64,000 nt of DNA from an uncultured cyanobacterium. Its GTDB lineage: Bacteria; Cyanobacteriota; Cyanobacteriia; PCC-9006; JAAUQQ01. Positions 20,998-29,745 of this stretch are shown piece after piece; within the stretch, counting starts at the first letter, position 1, and each line of letters starts with the position of its first letter. The stretch is from the NCBI GenBank assembly GCA_963718615.1, contig OY970368.1, positions 3,040,001 through 3,104,000 on the forward strand, given 5' to 3'. A model generated the notes under the pieces. It was not told where the DNA came from and ran no database searches. It saw only the letters and a program-made list of their open reading frames with translations. The translations under genes were made by a program, and so were the position numbers.

Positions 20998-21126
20998 AAA
21001 AAATCGCCTAGCTCTCTAAAGCCCCCAGAGCTAGGCGAATCACCTGCAAGGACAGTTTGCTTCATCGAGAAGTGCTCCGCGAGCTAGGCTCAGGGGCGAA
21101 ATCTCCAATCTGCGTTCCTCTTGGCT
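20998..21126 (-). ncRNA. candidate ~129 nt sRNA (unit D), paralog of unit B
   Basis: Same 5' 12-mer and 3' core/terminator as unit B, with compensatory stem changes. Confidence 0.6.
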
Positions 21127-21132
21127 AGTTTG

Positions 21133-21182
21133 ATTGTGCCCGCCCCACCCCTAGGGCAACCATGGCGCATCCACGTATCTTG
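21133..21182 (-). promoter_or_regulatory. putative promoter of unit D
   Basis: CAAGATACGTGGATGCGCCATGG-N21-CACAAT-N6-A. Confidence 0.55.
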
Positions 21183-21231
21183 CTCTGGGCGGCTTTTTCG
21201 CGGTCCGTGAATTTACTCCTGGAGTCCACTG

Positions 21232-21867
21232 CTAACCCGCCTGATTGGCTAGAGGGGTCGGTCCATAGGCCTCCCAGGTCATTTCAACCAGCGCCGTTAG
21301 CAGCGCTACAGCAACCATGGCGTTACCGGGGCGATCGCTCAAGCTAATAACGGGACAATTGCTCTGGTGGAGTTGCTTAATCCAATCCAAGTCTGGAGCA
21401 AGCAGGGGTGGCGTCGCAATGACTAAAGCCGGATGGAGGCTCTGCTGTTGGATCAATCGCACTAAGCTGGCGAGGGCACTGACTTCCTGACCGATGACAA
21501 AAATACCGTTGGGGTAGCGCTGCGCTAGGGTCTCTAGCCCCCAAGCAGTGCGCGTTTTCTCGCGCTGCGGACGCATGATGGCTTCCTGGCAGCAGTAAAT
21601 CGGATTGGCAAAGCTGGCTTGAAAAACGGGCATCAGCGCCACTTGAACCGCTGGAATATCAACAATGACTGTGTTGCGAGCAGCCAACGCGGCAGCACCA
21701 GACCGCAAGGCTTCCTCCGGGCAATTGAGCCGCGACCCATAGCCAAAATCCCCGGTCACCGAGACCATTCGACGGATCATCTCGTAAACCGCCGGAGCGA
21801 CGTCTCGGGAACCCAGCTCCTGTTCTAGGGCGTTGAAGCGTTGTGCATCGGTTGGATGAAGGTCCAT
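21232..21867 (-). CDS. precorrin-8X methylmutase-like protein (divergent CobH/CbiC paralog)
   Basis: Overall CobH pattern (YEMIRR..TGDF, GAAAL, IVD..V, TRTAWG, FVIG) but motifs degenerate. Confidence 0.7.
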   Translation of the reverse strand: MDLHPTDAQRFNALEQELGSRDVAPAVYEMIRRMVSVTGDFGYGSRLNCPEEALRSGAAALAARNTVIVDIPAVQVALMPVFQASFANPIYCCQEAIMRPQREKTRTAWGLETLAQRYPNGIFVIGQEVSALASLVRLIQQQSLHPALVIATPPLLAPDLDWIKQLHQSNCPVISLSDRPGNAMVAVALLTALVEMTWEAYGPTPLANQAG

Positions 21868-22188
21868 ATCAGCAAGCTCTGGAAGAGAATAGCATTGTAA
21901 TTCTGGCGGGAATCTGGATGGGATTGGGTCATGGAGAATCCACTGGGAAATCCAATAGAGATCCGCCCCGCTCTAGGTGGACCGGATAACCCCTCTTGCA
22001 ATCTGAGCAATCCTCAGTAGACTTGAGCCAAACCTAGTGATTTACAAGACGATTTGGCGAAGAACAAGCTAAATTGTCTGTGCAAGCTGGGCCTGGGTTG
22101 CATCGTGACCCAATTTAGGTCATTCTGACCTGCGTTTGTCCCCTTAGTTTGTGCAAGTCTTCTGCAAGTCTTCTTCGGTGAACAGTCT

Positions 22189-23076
22189 ATGGAACCGCTG
22201 ATTGCCCCCCTCGCCTCTGCTGTCTTTATGATTGCAGCCTATGTGGCTGGCTCCGTCAAAATCGTTAATGAAGGGGAAGCTGCCCTGGTTGAGCGGTTTG
22301 GCCGCTATCGTCGCACCCTATCGCCCGGTCTCAACTTTACCCTACCGATGGTGGATTCAGTCATCATTGATACAACCCGTGAGCAGGTATTTGATGTTCC
22401 AGCCCAGGATGCGGTGACGAACGAGGGGGTTTCCCTGAAGGCTGATGCCGTAGTGTTTTGGCAGATCAATGACCTTTACAAGGTCCACTATGAAGTGGAC
22501 GACATTAAAGCAGCGATCGAAAACTTTGTGCTCACTAGTCTACGGACGGCCATCAGCCAAATGACCATGATGCAGGTTCTCTCCGCTCGCTCGGATTTGA
22601 GCGCTTCGCTGCTGGCAGACTTGAACGTGGTCACCGATGGCTGGGGGGTCAGCATCCGCCGGGTTGACGTGAAAGATGTCACGTTTAACGAAGACGTGCT
22701 GAAAAGTATGGAAGAGCGCCGGATTGCAGAGGAACGCAAGCAGTCGGCGATTCTAGAAGCCCAGGGTAAGCGTCAGGCAGCGGTGGAAGAGGCTCAGAGC
22801 CGCCGGGAAGCGGCGATCGCCGAAGCCCAAGGCCTCATGGAGGCGGTCAAGATCATCTCGAACAACAGTACTGTGGAAGCTGAGCAAAAGCAGGCCCTCC
22901 AGGACATCATCAAGTTTTTGGTGGCCCAGCGCTATATGGATGCCAGCCAGAAGATTGGCGAAAGCCCCAACTCCAAGATTCTATTTATGGATCCCAGCAA
23001 GCTAACCGAGGCGTTGTCGGAATTGGTAGCCCAGGAAGATTTGAATTTGCCGGGAGGGGGGCGGAGTGAGGCTTAG
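22189..23076 (+). CDS. SPFH/band-7 (stomatin-like) protein
   Basis: N-terminal TM, LVERFGRY..TLSPGL, WGVSIRRVDVKD, AEERKQSAILEAQG. Confidence 0.9.
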   Translation: MEPLIAPLASAVFMIAAYVAGSVKIVNEGEAALVERFGRYRRTLSPGLNFTLPMVDSVIIDTTREQVFDVPAQDAVTNEGVSLKADAVVFWQINDLYKVHYEVDDIKAAIENFVLTSLRTAISQMTMMQVLSARSDLSASLLADLNVVTDGWGVSIRRVDVKDVTFNEDVLKSMEERRIAEERKQSAILEAQGKRQAAVEEAQSRREAAIAEAQGLMEAVKIISNNSTVEAEQKQALQDIIKFLVAQRYMDASQKIGESPNSKILFMDPSKLTEALSELVAQEDLNLPGGGRSEA

Positions 23077-23082
23077 GGATTT

Positions 23083-23137
23083 TGGGGTGATGCGTCATAG
23101 GTAATTGGGTGACGGGGTGATGGGGTGATGGGGTTGG
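23083..23137. repeat. STRR-like short tandem repeat (GGGGTGAT)n flanking the IS
   Basis: GGGTGACGGGGTGATGGGGTGATGGGG; related CCCCATCA/CCCCATAA run at ~25406-25437. Confidence 0.7.
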
Positions 23138-23201
23138 TTGACGCTCATCCACCCAATCGCTAGGCGATATGGATGGAGATTCCTGTTTCACAGACTCTTG
23201 G

Positions 23202-24404
23202 CTAGATAGCAGCACATTCATGCCGCCACCCCGCCAGACCGTCTCCACAAGCCTTTTCTTGAACCGTGCGCCCCACGGCTCTTTGTTTGATTACAATTGC
23301 GCTGGCAATATCCCGAGGCATCGATGACCCGCAATGGGGACAATTATGCCAACGGTCTGAAAGCGTCTTTTTGACAGCATGACCACAATCAGGGCATTGC
23401 TGAGAGGTTCCACGGGCATCCACTTTTAGATACCCCTTCCCTCGCTTAAAACACACCCAGGGCAAAATCTGATTCAGGAACTGTCCCAAGCCAGCATCGA
23501 GCATGTGTTTACCCAACATGCCACGGGACAAGCCCACTAGATTCAGATTCTCCACCACAATCACATCGCCCCGATCACAGAGCAAATGAGCAATCTTGAA
23601 GTGAAAATCCTTGCGAGTGTTGCTGATTCGTTCATGCAGTTTTGCGATCTTAAGCTGAAGTTTTTTCCAGTTCTTCGACCCCAGCACCTTTTTCTTCAAC
23701 CGGCGTTGCAGCAATTTCAGCTCGCTTTGCAGGTCAACGAAAAACCGAGGACGATGAACTTGCAGCCCATCCGAGGCTGACAGGAAATATTCCAACCCCA
23801 CATCGACACCCACACACTGACCTACCAATGGCACATCGGGAATGGACAACTCCGCTTGAAAACAGAGCATCACATAAAACCCTGACGCCCGCTTCACTAT
23901 CCTGGCCTGCTTCACCTGGAAGCCTTCGGGATAGGGCCGAGACTGCCGGATAGCAATTTTCCCAATACTGGGAAGATTTACCCACCCGTCTCCCAGTGGA
24001 GTCTTGCCCAATTGAGGAAACAGAAACGACTTCATTTGCCCCGACTTCTTAAACCGAGGAAACCCAAAACCCCGCTCTGCCCTATCCTTGAATGCTTTTT
24101 CTAAAGTCTTCAGCACTTGCTGAAGGGATTGAGCATTGACAGACTTGAGGTCAGGATTAGTCTTCTTGGCTTGGGTCAGGGATTTGCACTGGTGAGCAAA
24201 ACCGGGATAGGGAGCATCCGCCGCCATGATGTACTCACCCCGAATTGAGCATGCATTGATAGGACACTTTCTTGAAGCAATCCAGTCCTTGCGCTCTTTG
24301 AGGGCATAATTCCAAACCTTTCGGCAGACATCTAAGCTATTTTCTAGCTCCTCAATCTGCTGAGCGGTTGGCTTCAGTTTGTACTCATAGGTCAGTGTTA
24401 GCAT
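23202..24404 (-). CDS. tnpB: TnpB RNA-guided endonuclease
   Basis: N-terminal YEYKLKPT HTH, RuvC D (GVDVG), E (VVENL), D (RDIAS), Zn finger CPDC/CPHC all intact. Confidence 0.95.
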   Translation of the reverse strand: MLTLTYEYKLKPTAQQIEELENSLDVCRKVWNYALKERKDWIASRKCPINACSIRGEYIMAADAPYPGFAHQCKSLTQAKKTNPDLKSVNAQSLQQVLKTLEKAFKDRAERGFGFPRFKKSGQMKSFLFPQLGKTPLGDGWVNLPSIGKIAIRQSRPYPEGFQVKQARIVKRASGFYVMLCFQAELSIPDVPLVGQCVGVDVGLEYFLSASDGLQVHRPRFFVDLQSELKLLQRRLKKKVLGSKNWKKLQLKIAKLHERISNTRKDFHFKIAHLLCDRGDVIVVENLNLVGLSRGMLGKHMLDAGLGQFLNQILPWVCFKRGKGYLKVDARGTSQQCPDCGHAVKKTLSDRWHNCPHCGSSMPRDIASAIVIKQRAVGRTVQEKACGDGLAGWRHECAAI

Positions 24405-24431
24405 GGTCTTATGCTAGCTTAGTCGCCTACA

Positions 24432-24845
24432 ATGTCACAACCGTTAAATACCCTCCACCACTGCTCCTATAATCTTCAGTTCCACTTAGTCGCTTGCACT
24501 AAGTACCGACGAAAGTGCATCACAAAACCCATGCTGGAAAGGATGCGAGAGATATTCGCGCAGACGCTCGTTAAGTGGGATGGCAACCTGCTTGAGTTTA
24601 ATGGGGAGGCTGACCATGTTCATCTTCTTATCTCGATCAATCCCAAGGTTCAGCCGTCAAAGTTGGTGAACAACTTAAAAACTGTCTCTAGTCGGTTACT
24701 CAGGAAAGAGTTTGGTGAACACCTTAATCAGATCTACCAAGATAAGCCGATTTTTTGGAGTCGTTCCTACTGCATTATTTCTTGTGGCGGAGCCCCTATA
24801 TCTGTTCTCAGGCAATATATTCAACAGCAGGCCGAGATTGATTAG
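24432..24845 (+). CDS. tnpA: IS200-type Y1 HUH transposase
   Basis: HLVACTKYRR, DHVH (HUH), FWSRSY, catalytic Tyr in RQYIQQQ. Confidence 0.95.
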   Translation: MSQPLNTLHHCSYNLQFHLVACTKYRRKCITKPMLERMREIFAQTLVKWDGNLLEFNGEADHVHLLISINPKVQPSKLVNNLKTVSSRLLRKEFGEHLNQIYQDKPIFWSRSYCIISCGGAPISVLRQYIQQQAEID

Positions 24846-24933
24846 TTGCTTCCTGCGGTCGCGCTCCGCTTCACCACCCCCTAACCCTTCGGGTATAGGC
24901 GGAGCACTGCGGAGATTTCTGGTAGAACAGAAT

Positions 24934-25431
24934 ATGAAGTATTGGTTGATGAAGTCGGAGCCTGATTTGTATGGCATCGACGATTTAAGGCGGGACCAGA
25001 CGGAGATCTGGGATGGGGTGCGTAATTATCAGGCGCGCAATTTTTTGCGATCGATGGCGGTGGGGGACTTAGCGTTTTTTTATCATTCCAATACGAAGCC
25101 ACCGGGGATTGTCGGGCTGATGACGATCGCCGAAGCCGATATCGTCGATCCCAGCCAATTTGATCCGGCCCACAAGTATTACGATCCCAAATCTCCCGAG
25201 AGCAATCCCCGCTGGCGAACGGTGAAGGTGCAATATGTAGAAACCTTCCAGCAGATGCTGACGCTGGATCAGCTCAAGGCTGAATTTCAGCCCGAGAAGT
25301 TGGGGGTGGTGCGCCGGGGCAATCGCCTTTCGGTGATGCCGGTGGAGGAGGCGATCGCCCAGCGTCTGTTAGCCATGGCCCAGACCCGTACCCCACCCCC
25401 CGTACCCCATCACCCCATAACTCCCCCATAA
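24934..25431 (+). CDS. EVE domain-containing protein
   Basis: MKYWLMKSEP, WDGVRNYQARN, FFYHSN, RLSVMPV; true ATG is 12 bp beyond the IS end. Confidence 0.92.
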   Translation: MKYWLMKSEPDLYGIDDLRRDQTEIWDGVRNYQARNFLRSMAVGDLAFFYHSNTKPPGIVGLMTIAEADIVDPSQFDPAHKYYDPKSPESNPRWRTVKVQYVETFQQMLTLDQLKAEFQPEKLGVVRRGNRLSVMPVEEAIAQRLLAMAQTRTPPPVPHHPITPP

Positions 25432-25436
25432 CTCCA

Positions 25437-26438
25437 TCAACCCATTCCCTCACCATGACGCCCTTGATGCCAAGCCCAAGCGTGGCTAATGATTTCCCTC
25501 AGGTCGCCATATTGGGGATTCCAGCCAAGGACTTGTTTGGCGCGATCGCCCGTACCCACCAGCATCGGCGGATCGCCGGGGCGGCGAGGCTGTTCAATCA
25601 CCTGAATTTTGCGATCGGTGACGGTCTGGGCCAGTTCAATCACTTCTCGCACGGAAAAGCCCTTGCCATTGCCTAGATTAAAGGCATCGCTGTGACCTCC
25701 CTGAAGCAAATACTCCAGGCCGAGTAAGTGGGCTTGGGCAATGTCGAGAATGTGGATATAGTCGCGGATGCAGGTCCCGTCGGGGGTATCGTAGTCGGTG
25801 CCAAAAATCGAAATCGAGTCCCGGTGGCCCAAGGCTGCTTGGATAATCAGGGGAATCAAGTGGGTTTCGGGATAGTGGTCTTCACCCAACTTGCCGTTAG
25901 GCTCCGCTCCGGCGGCGTTGAAGTAACGGAAACATACGGACTTGAGCCCAAAGGCCGTATCAAAGTCTTCAAGGATTTGTTCGACCATCCACTTACTACG
26001 GGCGTAGGGGCTGATGGGTCGCTTGGGATGGGTTTCAGGAATGGGGACTTCGTCCGGGGGGCCGTAAATAGCGCAGGTGGAGGAAAAGACCAGGGTTTTG
26101 ACCCCAGCGGCGACCATGGCCTCTAGGAGTGTCAAGGTCCCCCCCACGTTATTTGCGTAATATTTTCCTGGATCCTGCACCGACTCACCCACGGCAATAA
26201 ATGCCGCAAAGTGCATGACGGCGTCAATTTTGTGGGTTTGGAAGAGTTGGTCGAGAAGGGCGCGATCGCCCGTATCCCCTACAATCAACTCCACCCCCAA
26301 GACGGACTCCACCAAATCCTTGTGGCCACCGGAAAGATTGTCTAAAATCACCACGCCATAGCCGTTTTGTAGCAGCGAAAGCACTGCATGGGAGCCAATA
26401 TAGCCTGCTCCGCCTGTCACCAAAACCGTTGGTTTCAC
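25437..26438 (-). CDS. galE: UDP-glucose 4-epimerase
   Basis: TGGAGYIGSH, HFAA, YARSK, RYFNAAGA, DGTCIRDYIH. Confidence 0.95.
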   Translation of the reverse strand: MKPTVLVTGGAGYIGSHAVLSLLQNGYGVVILDNLSGGHKDLVESVLGVELIVGDTGDRALLDQLFQTHKIDAVMHFAAFIAVGESVQDPGKYYANNVGGTLTLLEAMVAAGVKTLVFSSTCAIYGPPDEVPIPETHPKRPISPYARSKWMVEQILEDFDTAFGLKSVCFRYFNAAGAEPNGKLGEDHYPETHLIPLIIQAALGHRDSISIFGTDYDTPDGTCIRDYIHILDIAQAHLLGLEYLLQGGHSDAFNLGNGKGFSVREVIELAQTVTDRKIQVIEQPRRPGDPPMLVGTGDRAKQVLGWNPQYGDLREIISHAWAWHQGRHGEGMG

Positions 26439-26569
26439 AACATCCCCCAGGGGTTTTACTGTATAAAATGTACAGAAATAAAATCTGTACCGATTGTATC
26501 GTTCCCGGTTCTAGGGGGGTTGTACAGTCGTCTTGTACCGTCGTATTTTATGGCTGTCTTGAATCTGGA

Positions 26570-27298
26570 CTAAAGTGCAAGTTCTTCAATGTCGACGCGA
26601 TCGCCCAATCCCGCCAACACATGCTGAATCCGAGGCAGTTCTAAGTCATTGAGGTGGTCGATCGCCCAGTTGGCCTGACGCTGAATCATATGAAACGGAT
26701 AGGTATGGGCCACGCCCACGACGGTGATTCCGGCCCGTTTCGCCGCTTCGATACCGGCAAAGGTGTCTTCGATCGCCAGACAATCTCCGGGCTGAAGCTC
26801 AGGGCAGTGCGATCGCAACTGCTCCACAGCTAGCAAATACCCGGTCGGATCCGGCTTACTGGTCAGAATATCGTCACCCGCAACCACGACAGAAAAATAA
26901 GACTTTAGGTTGGCCCGTTCTAAAACCAGTTCAATTTCCGCGCGACGGGCACCGCTAACCACGGCCAAGGGTAAATTTGCCAGACGAAATTTATAAATTA
27001 AATCTTCAACGCCCGGATAAATCGGCAGCGGATCTAGCTGTTCGAGGGTCGTTAGATAGGCTGCGGCTTTTTGGTGGAGGAGGCGTTCTAGATCGCGATC
27101 GATCAAGGGTCGCTCCCGCCGCGCAAAAATATCGCTGAGACAGGCGCGATCGCTCCGCCCTAGACAGCACTCCCGTAGCTCATCCTCATTGGGGCGCAAA
27201 TTTTCACTCAAAAGCAGATCGCGCACTAGGCGATCGTGAATCGGTTCATCGTTAATGATAACGCCGTTGAAATCGAAGATTACAGCCTTGAGTGTCAT
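26570..27298 (-). CDS. HAD-family phosphatase
   Basis: FDFNGVIINDE, VVSG, KPDP, IEDT. Confidence 0.9.
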   Translation of the reverse strand: MTLKAVIFDFNGVIINDEPIHDRLVRDLLLSENLRPNEDELRECCLGRSDRACLSDIFARRERPLIDRDLERLLHQKAAAYLTTLEQLDPLPIYPGVEDLIYKFRLANLPLAVVSGARRAEIELVLERANLKSYFSVVVAGDDILTSKPDPTGYLLAVEQLRSHCPELQPGDCLAIEDTFAGIEAAKRAGITVVGVAHTYPFHMIQRQANWAIDHLNDLELPRIQHVLAGLGDRVDIEELAL

Positions 27299-27445
27299 AC
27301 CTCCCATTAAAACATCTGCATCCGGTCATTGATCTTTGGGTTTGCTATGGGGTGATGATCGGCTTGTATCGAGAAAGTGACCCCGAACGATGGTAAGAAG
27401 CTTACGGGTGGTCACGTGGGGTGGGAGTTGGAAGGGTTGTGGTCA

Positions 27446-27597
27446 TTGCGATCGCCTCTCCATCTAGTCCTTGAGTAACTGCCGTGCTGACCGCTCCGCC
27501 ACAAGCGGCCTCGGCGACTTGTACTGTTGGCAACTGTGTTGTGAATTATAACGGCGCTGACTATAGCATCTCAACGGCGACTGGCAGCTTTCAATAG
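27446..27597 (+). pseudogene. possible remnant of a secreted-protein gene
   Basis: VTAVLTAPPQAASA/TCTVGNCVVNYNGADYSISTATGSFQ* reads as signal-peptide end plus mature start; frameshift near 27474. Confidence 0.3.
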
Positions 27598-27666
27598 CAG
27601 CGGCAGGCTTGGGTCTTGGCCCTTTAGACTAGAGTCAGGCCACCCAAGCCCTGGAGATCTACTCCC

Positions 27667-28233
27667 ATGGTTGCATCGCCCCAACGCCCCTTCATGAGCC
27701 CCGAAGCCTACTTGGCCTGGGAACCGCTCCAGGACTGCCGCTACGAGTACATCGACGGCGAAGTCTTCGCCATGACCGGAGGCACGAAGCCCCATAATCG
27801 TATTGCTTTCAACCTAGCGTCTGAGCTGGATCGGCACTTAGGCGGACGCTGTGAGGTTTATATCGCGGATGTTAAGGTTCAGGTCACGGCGAAGGGGCCT
27901 TACCATTATCCCGATGTGGTCGTGAGCTGCGACCCGCGTGACCGAAATACAAACCAACTCATCTGTCATCCCTGCCTAATCGCAGAAGTCCTCTCGCCGT
28001 CAACTGAGGCGATCGATCGGGGCCAAAAATTTCGGTGCTACCGCCAAGCGGAATCCCTTCAGGAATATGTGCTGATCCAAGCCGATCAAAAGGGCGTGGA
28101 CTGCTTTCGCAAAAACGAGGCTGGCCTCTGGGTGCTGCACAGTTACGAGGCCGAGGATGAGCTGCGGCTCGAAACCGTCGATTTGCCCCTGTCCGTGGAG
28201 GCCCTCTATCGGCAAGTGCGATTCGAGGGCTGA
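27667..28233 (+). CDS. Uma2-family (PDDEXK-like) putative endonuclease
   Basis: YEYIDGEVFAMTGGT..H, YPDVVVSC, EVLSPSTEAIDRGQKF..Y, LQEYVLI. Confidence 0.92.
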   Translation: MVASPQRPFMSPEAYLAWEPLQDCRYEYIDGEVFAMTGGTKPHNRIAFNLASELDRHLGGRCEVYIADVKVQVTAKGPYHYPDVVVSCDPRDRNTNQLICHPCLIAEVLSPSTEAIDRGQKFRCYRQAESLQEYVLIQADQKGVDCFRKNEAGLWVLHSYEAEDELRLETVDLPLSVEALYRQVRFEG

Positions 28234-28313
28234 TCGCCGCCCCCTTTGTCCCAACGAATGGCCTGAGCAGTGGTTCACTTCTCCCCACCACTCCCCAGGC
28301 CCTCGCACAGTCC

Positions 28314-29378
28314 TTAACCTTTCCAATTCGCCCAATCCTGGGGTTTGAGGAAGATATCGTACAATTCCGCTTCCGGCGTACCCGGCTCGGGATGGTAGTC
28401 ATACTCCCAGCGCACAATCGGCGGCAACGACATCAGAATCGACTCCGTGCGGCCATTGGTTTGCAACCCAAAGATCGTTCCCCGGTCATAGACCAAGTTG
28501 AACTCAACGTAGCGGCCCCGGCGATAGAGTTGAAAATCGCGCTCGCGATCGCCATACTCCATCCCCTTCCGACGTTCTGTAATGGGAACGTAGGCATCGA
28601 GAAACGCACGACCACAGCTCTGGATAAAGGCAAACATTTCCTCCCAGCTCCGCTCTACCTTGCCCACCTGATCGCTATAGGCCGCAGCCTTGCTTTCCAG
28701 CATCGGCCCCTTGCAGAGAACACCCTGGTCGTTTTGGTAATCAAAGAAAATACCGCCAACACCACGGGTTTCGTTGCGGTGCTTGAGGTAAAAATACTCA
28801 TCACACCAAAGCTTGAAAGCGTTGTAATACTCGGGATGATGCTTGTCGCAGGCCGCTTTCAGCGTCTTGTGGAAATGGGCTGCATCTTCCGCAAAGGGAT
28901 AGTAGGGGGTCAAGTCAATGCCGCCGCCAAACCACCAAACGGGACCGGCTTCAAAGTAACGGTAGTTGAGGTGAACCGTCGGGACATAGGGGTTTTCGGG
29001 ATGCAGCACCATCGATGTGCCGGTGGCAAAGAAATCATGACCGGCAGCTTCCGGGCATTGGTTCAAAATCGAGGGCGGTAACTGTTTGCCCCAGACTTCC
29101 GAAAAATTAACGCCGCCCTTTTCAAACAAATTGCCGTTTTGAATCACCCGCGAACGGCCACCGCCGCCTTCTTCCCTTGTCCAGGCATCTTCCTGAAACT
29201 TCGCCTTGCCATCCGCCTGCTCTAGCCCCTGGCAGATTTCATCCTGAATCTCGGTCATAAACGCCTTCACCCGTTCCCGAGAATCCTGAGGCGGCAGCGA
29301 GAGTTCGCTTTTGGGGGGTAGAGACGTTTCTTCGACCTGGTTTTTAGCCGTTTGGGTCGCAGGAATGGCAGCAGTCAT
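28314..29378 (-). CDS. hemF: oxygen-dependent coproporphyrinogen III oxidase
   Basis: [43 protein letters not shown]. Confidence 0.97.
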   Translation of the reverse strand: MTAAIPATQTAKNQVEETSLPPKSELSLPPQDSRERVKAFMTEIQDEICQGLEQADGKAKFQEDAWTREEGGGGRSRVIQNGNLFEKGGVNFSEVWGKQLPPSILNQCPEAAGHDFFATGTSMVLHPENPYVPTVHLNYRYFEAGPVWWFGGGIDLTPYYPFAEDAAHFHKTLKAACDKHHPEYYNAFKLWCDEYFYLKHRNETRGVGGIFFDYQNDQGVLCKGPMLESKAAAYSDQVGKVERSWEEMFAFIQSCGRAFLDAYVPITERRKGMEYGDRERDFQLYRRGRYVEFNLVYDRGTIFGLQTNGRTESILMSLPPIVRWEYDYHPEPGTPEAELYDIFLKPQDWANWKG

Positions 29379-29745
29379 AAAGTACCCGTTTTATAAATCG
29401 TGAGCGTTTTTTATTTGAAACCTGAAACTCCCCAGGGCTAAGGAGCCTTTCAAAAGGCTAAGTTTTACTTTAAGCCTTTATTTGAGATACCAGGTTAGGG
29501 AGTCCCAGGAAAATGGACGTTGCACAATCGTAATATTCGTTTGCAATTCCCTGGGGGAAGGGGAGCAACGAGGGCCAAAGGGTGACGCCTATTCTGCTTG
29601 AGCTTGAGGGAGATCTGTCAGTTTCGATGGGATGACGGGATGCCTCTATGATGTGAAGATACATGAACGCAAGTAACGGCCCTGAGGTTCGGGGTGGTTT
29701 TGCGAGTCTGTTTGCATCTATTTAGGCGATCGCAGAGGAAATTCC

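Larger units (their letters stand above)
23138..24921 (-). mobile_element. IS200/IS605-family element (IS605 layout: divergent tnpA and tnpB)
   Basis: Right end ...GAGCGTCAA with hairpin 23148-23177; left-end hairpin 24863-24905 and candidate CTAC| target motif; no HIP1 sites seen inside; boundaries inferred. Confidence 0.8.

Noticed and set aside
20410-21182. CRISPR array or cobalamin riboswitch interpretation of the duplicated blocks
   Set aside because: Only two copies ~390 bp apart, no cas genes; lies downstream of cobH with no gene following, and lacks the B12-element core beyond a chance AACTGT
24712-24933. N-terminal extension of the EVE ORF
   Set aside because: Read-through frame from IS sequence; the EVE domain begins at ATG 24934
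27667-28233. Uma2 nuclease plus nearby EVE protein as a defence system
   Set aside because: Both are common stand-alone genes in cyanobacteria and are separated by galE and HAD on the opposite strand
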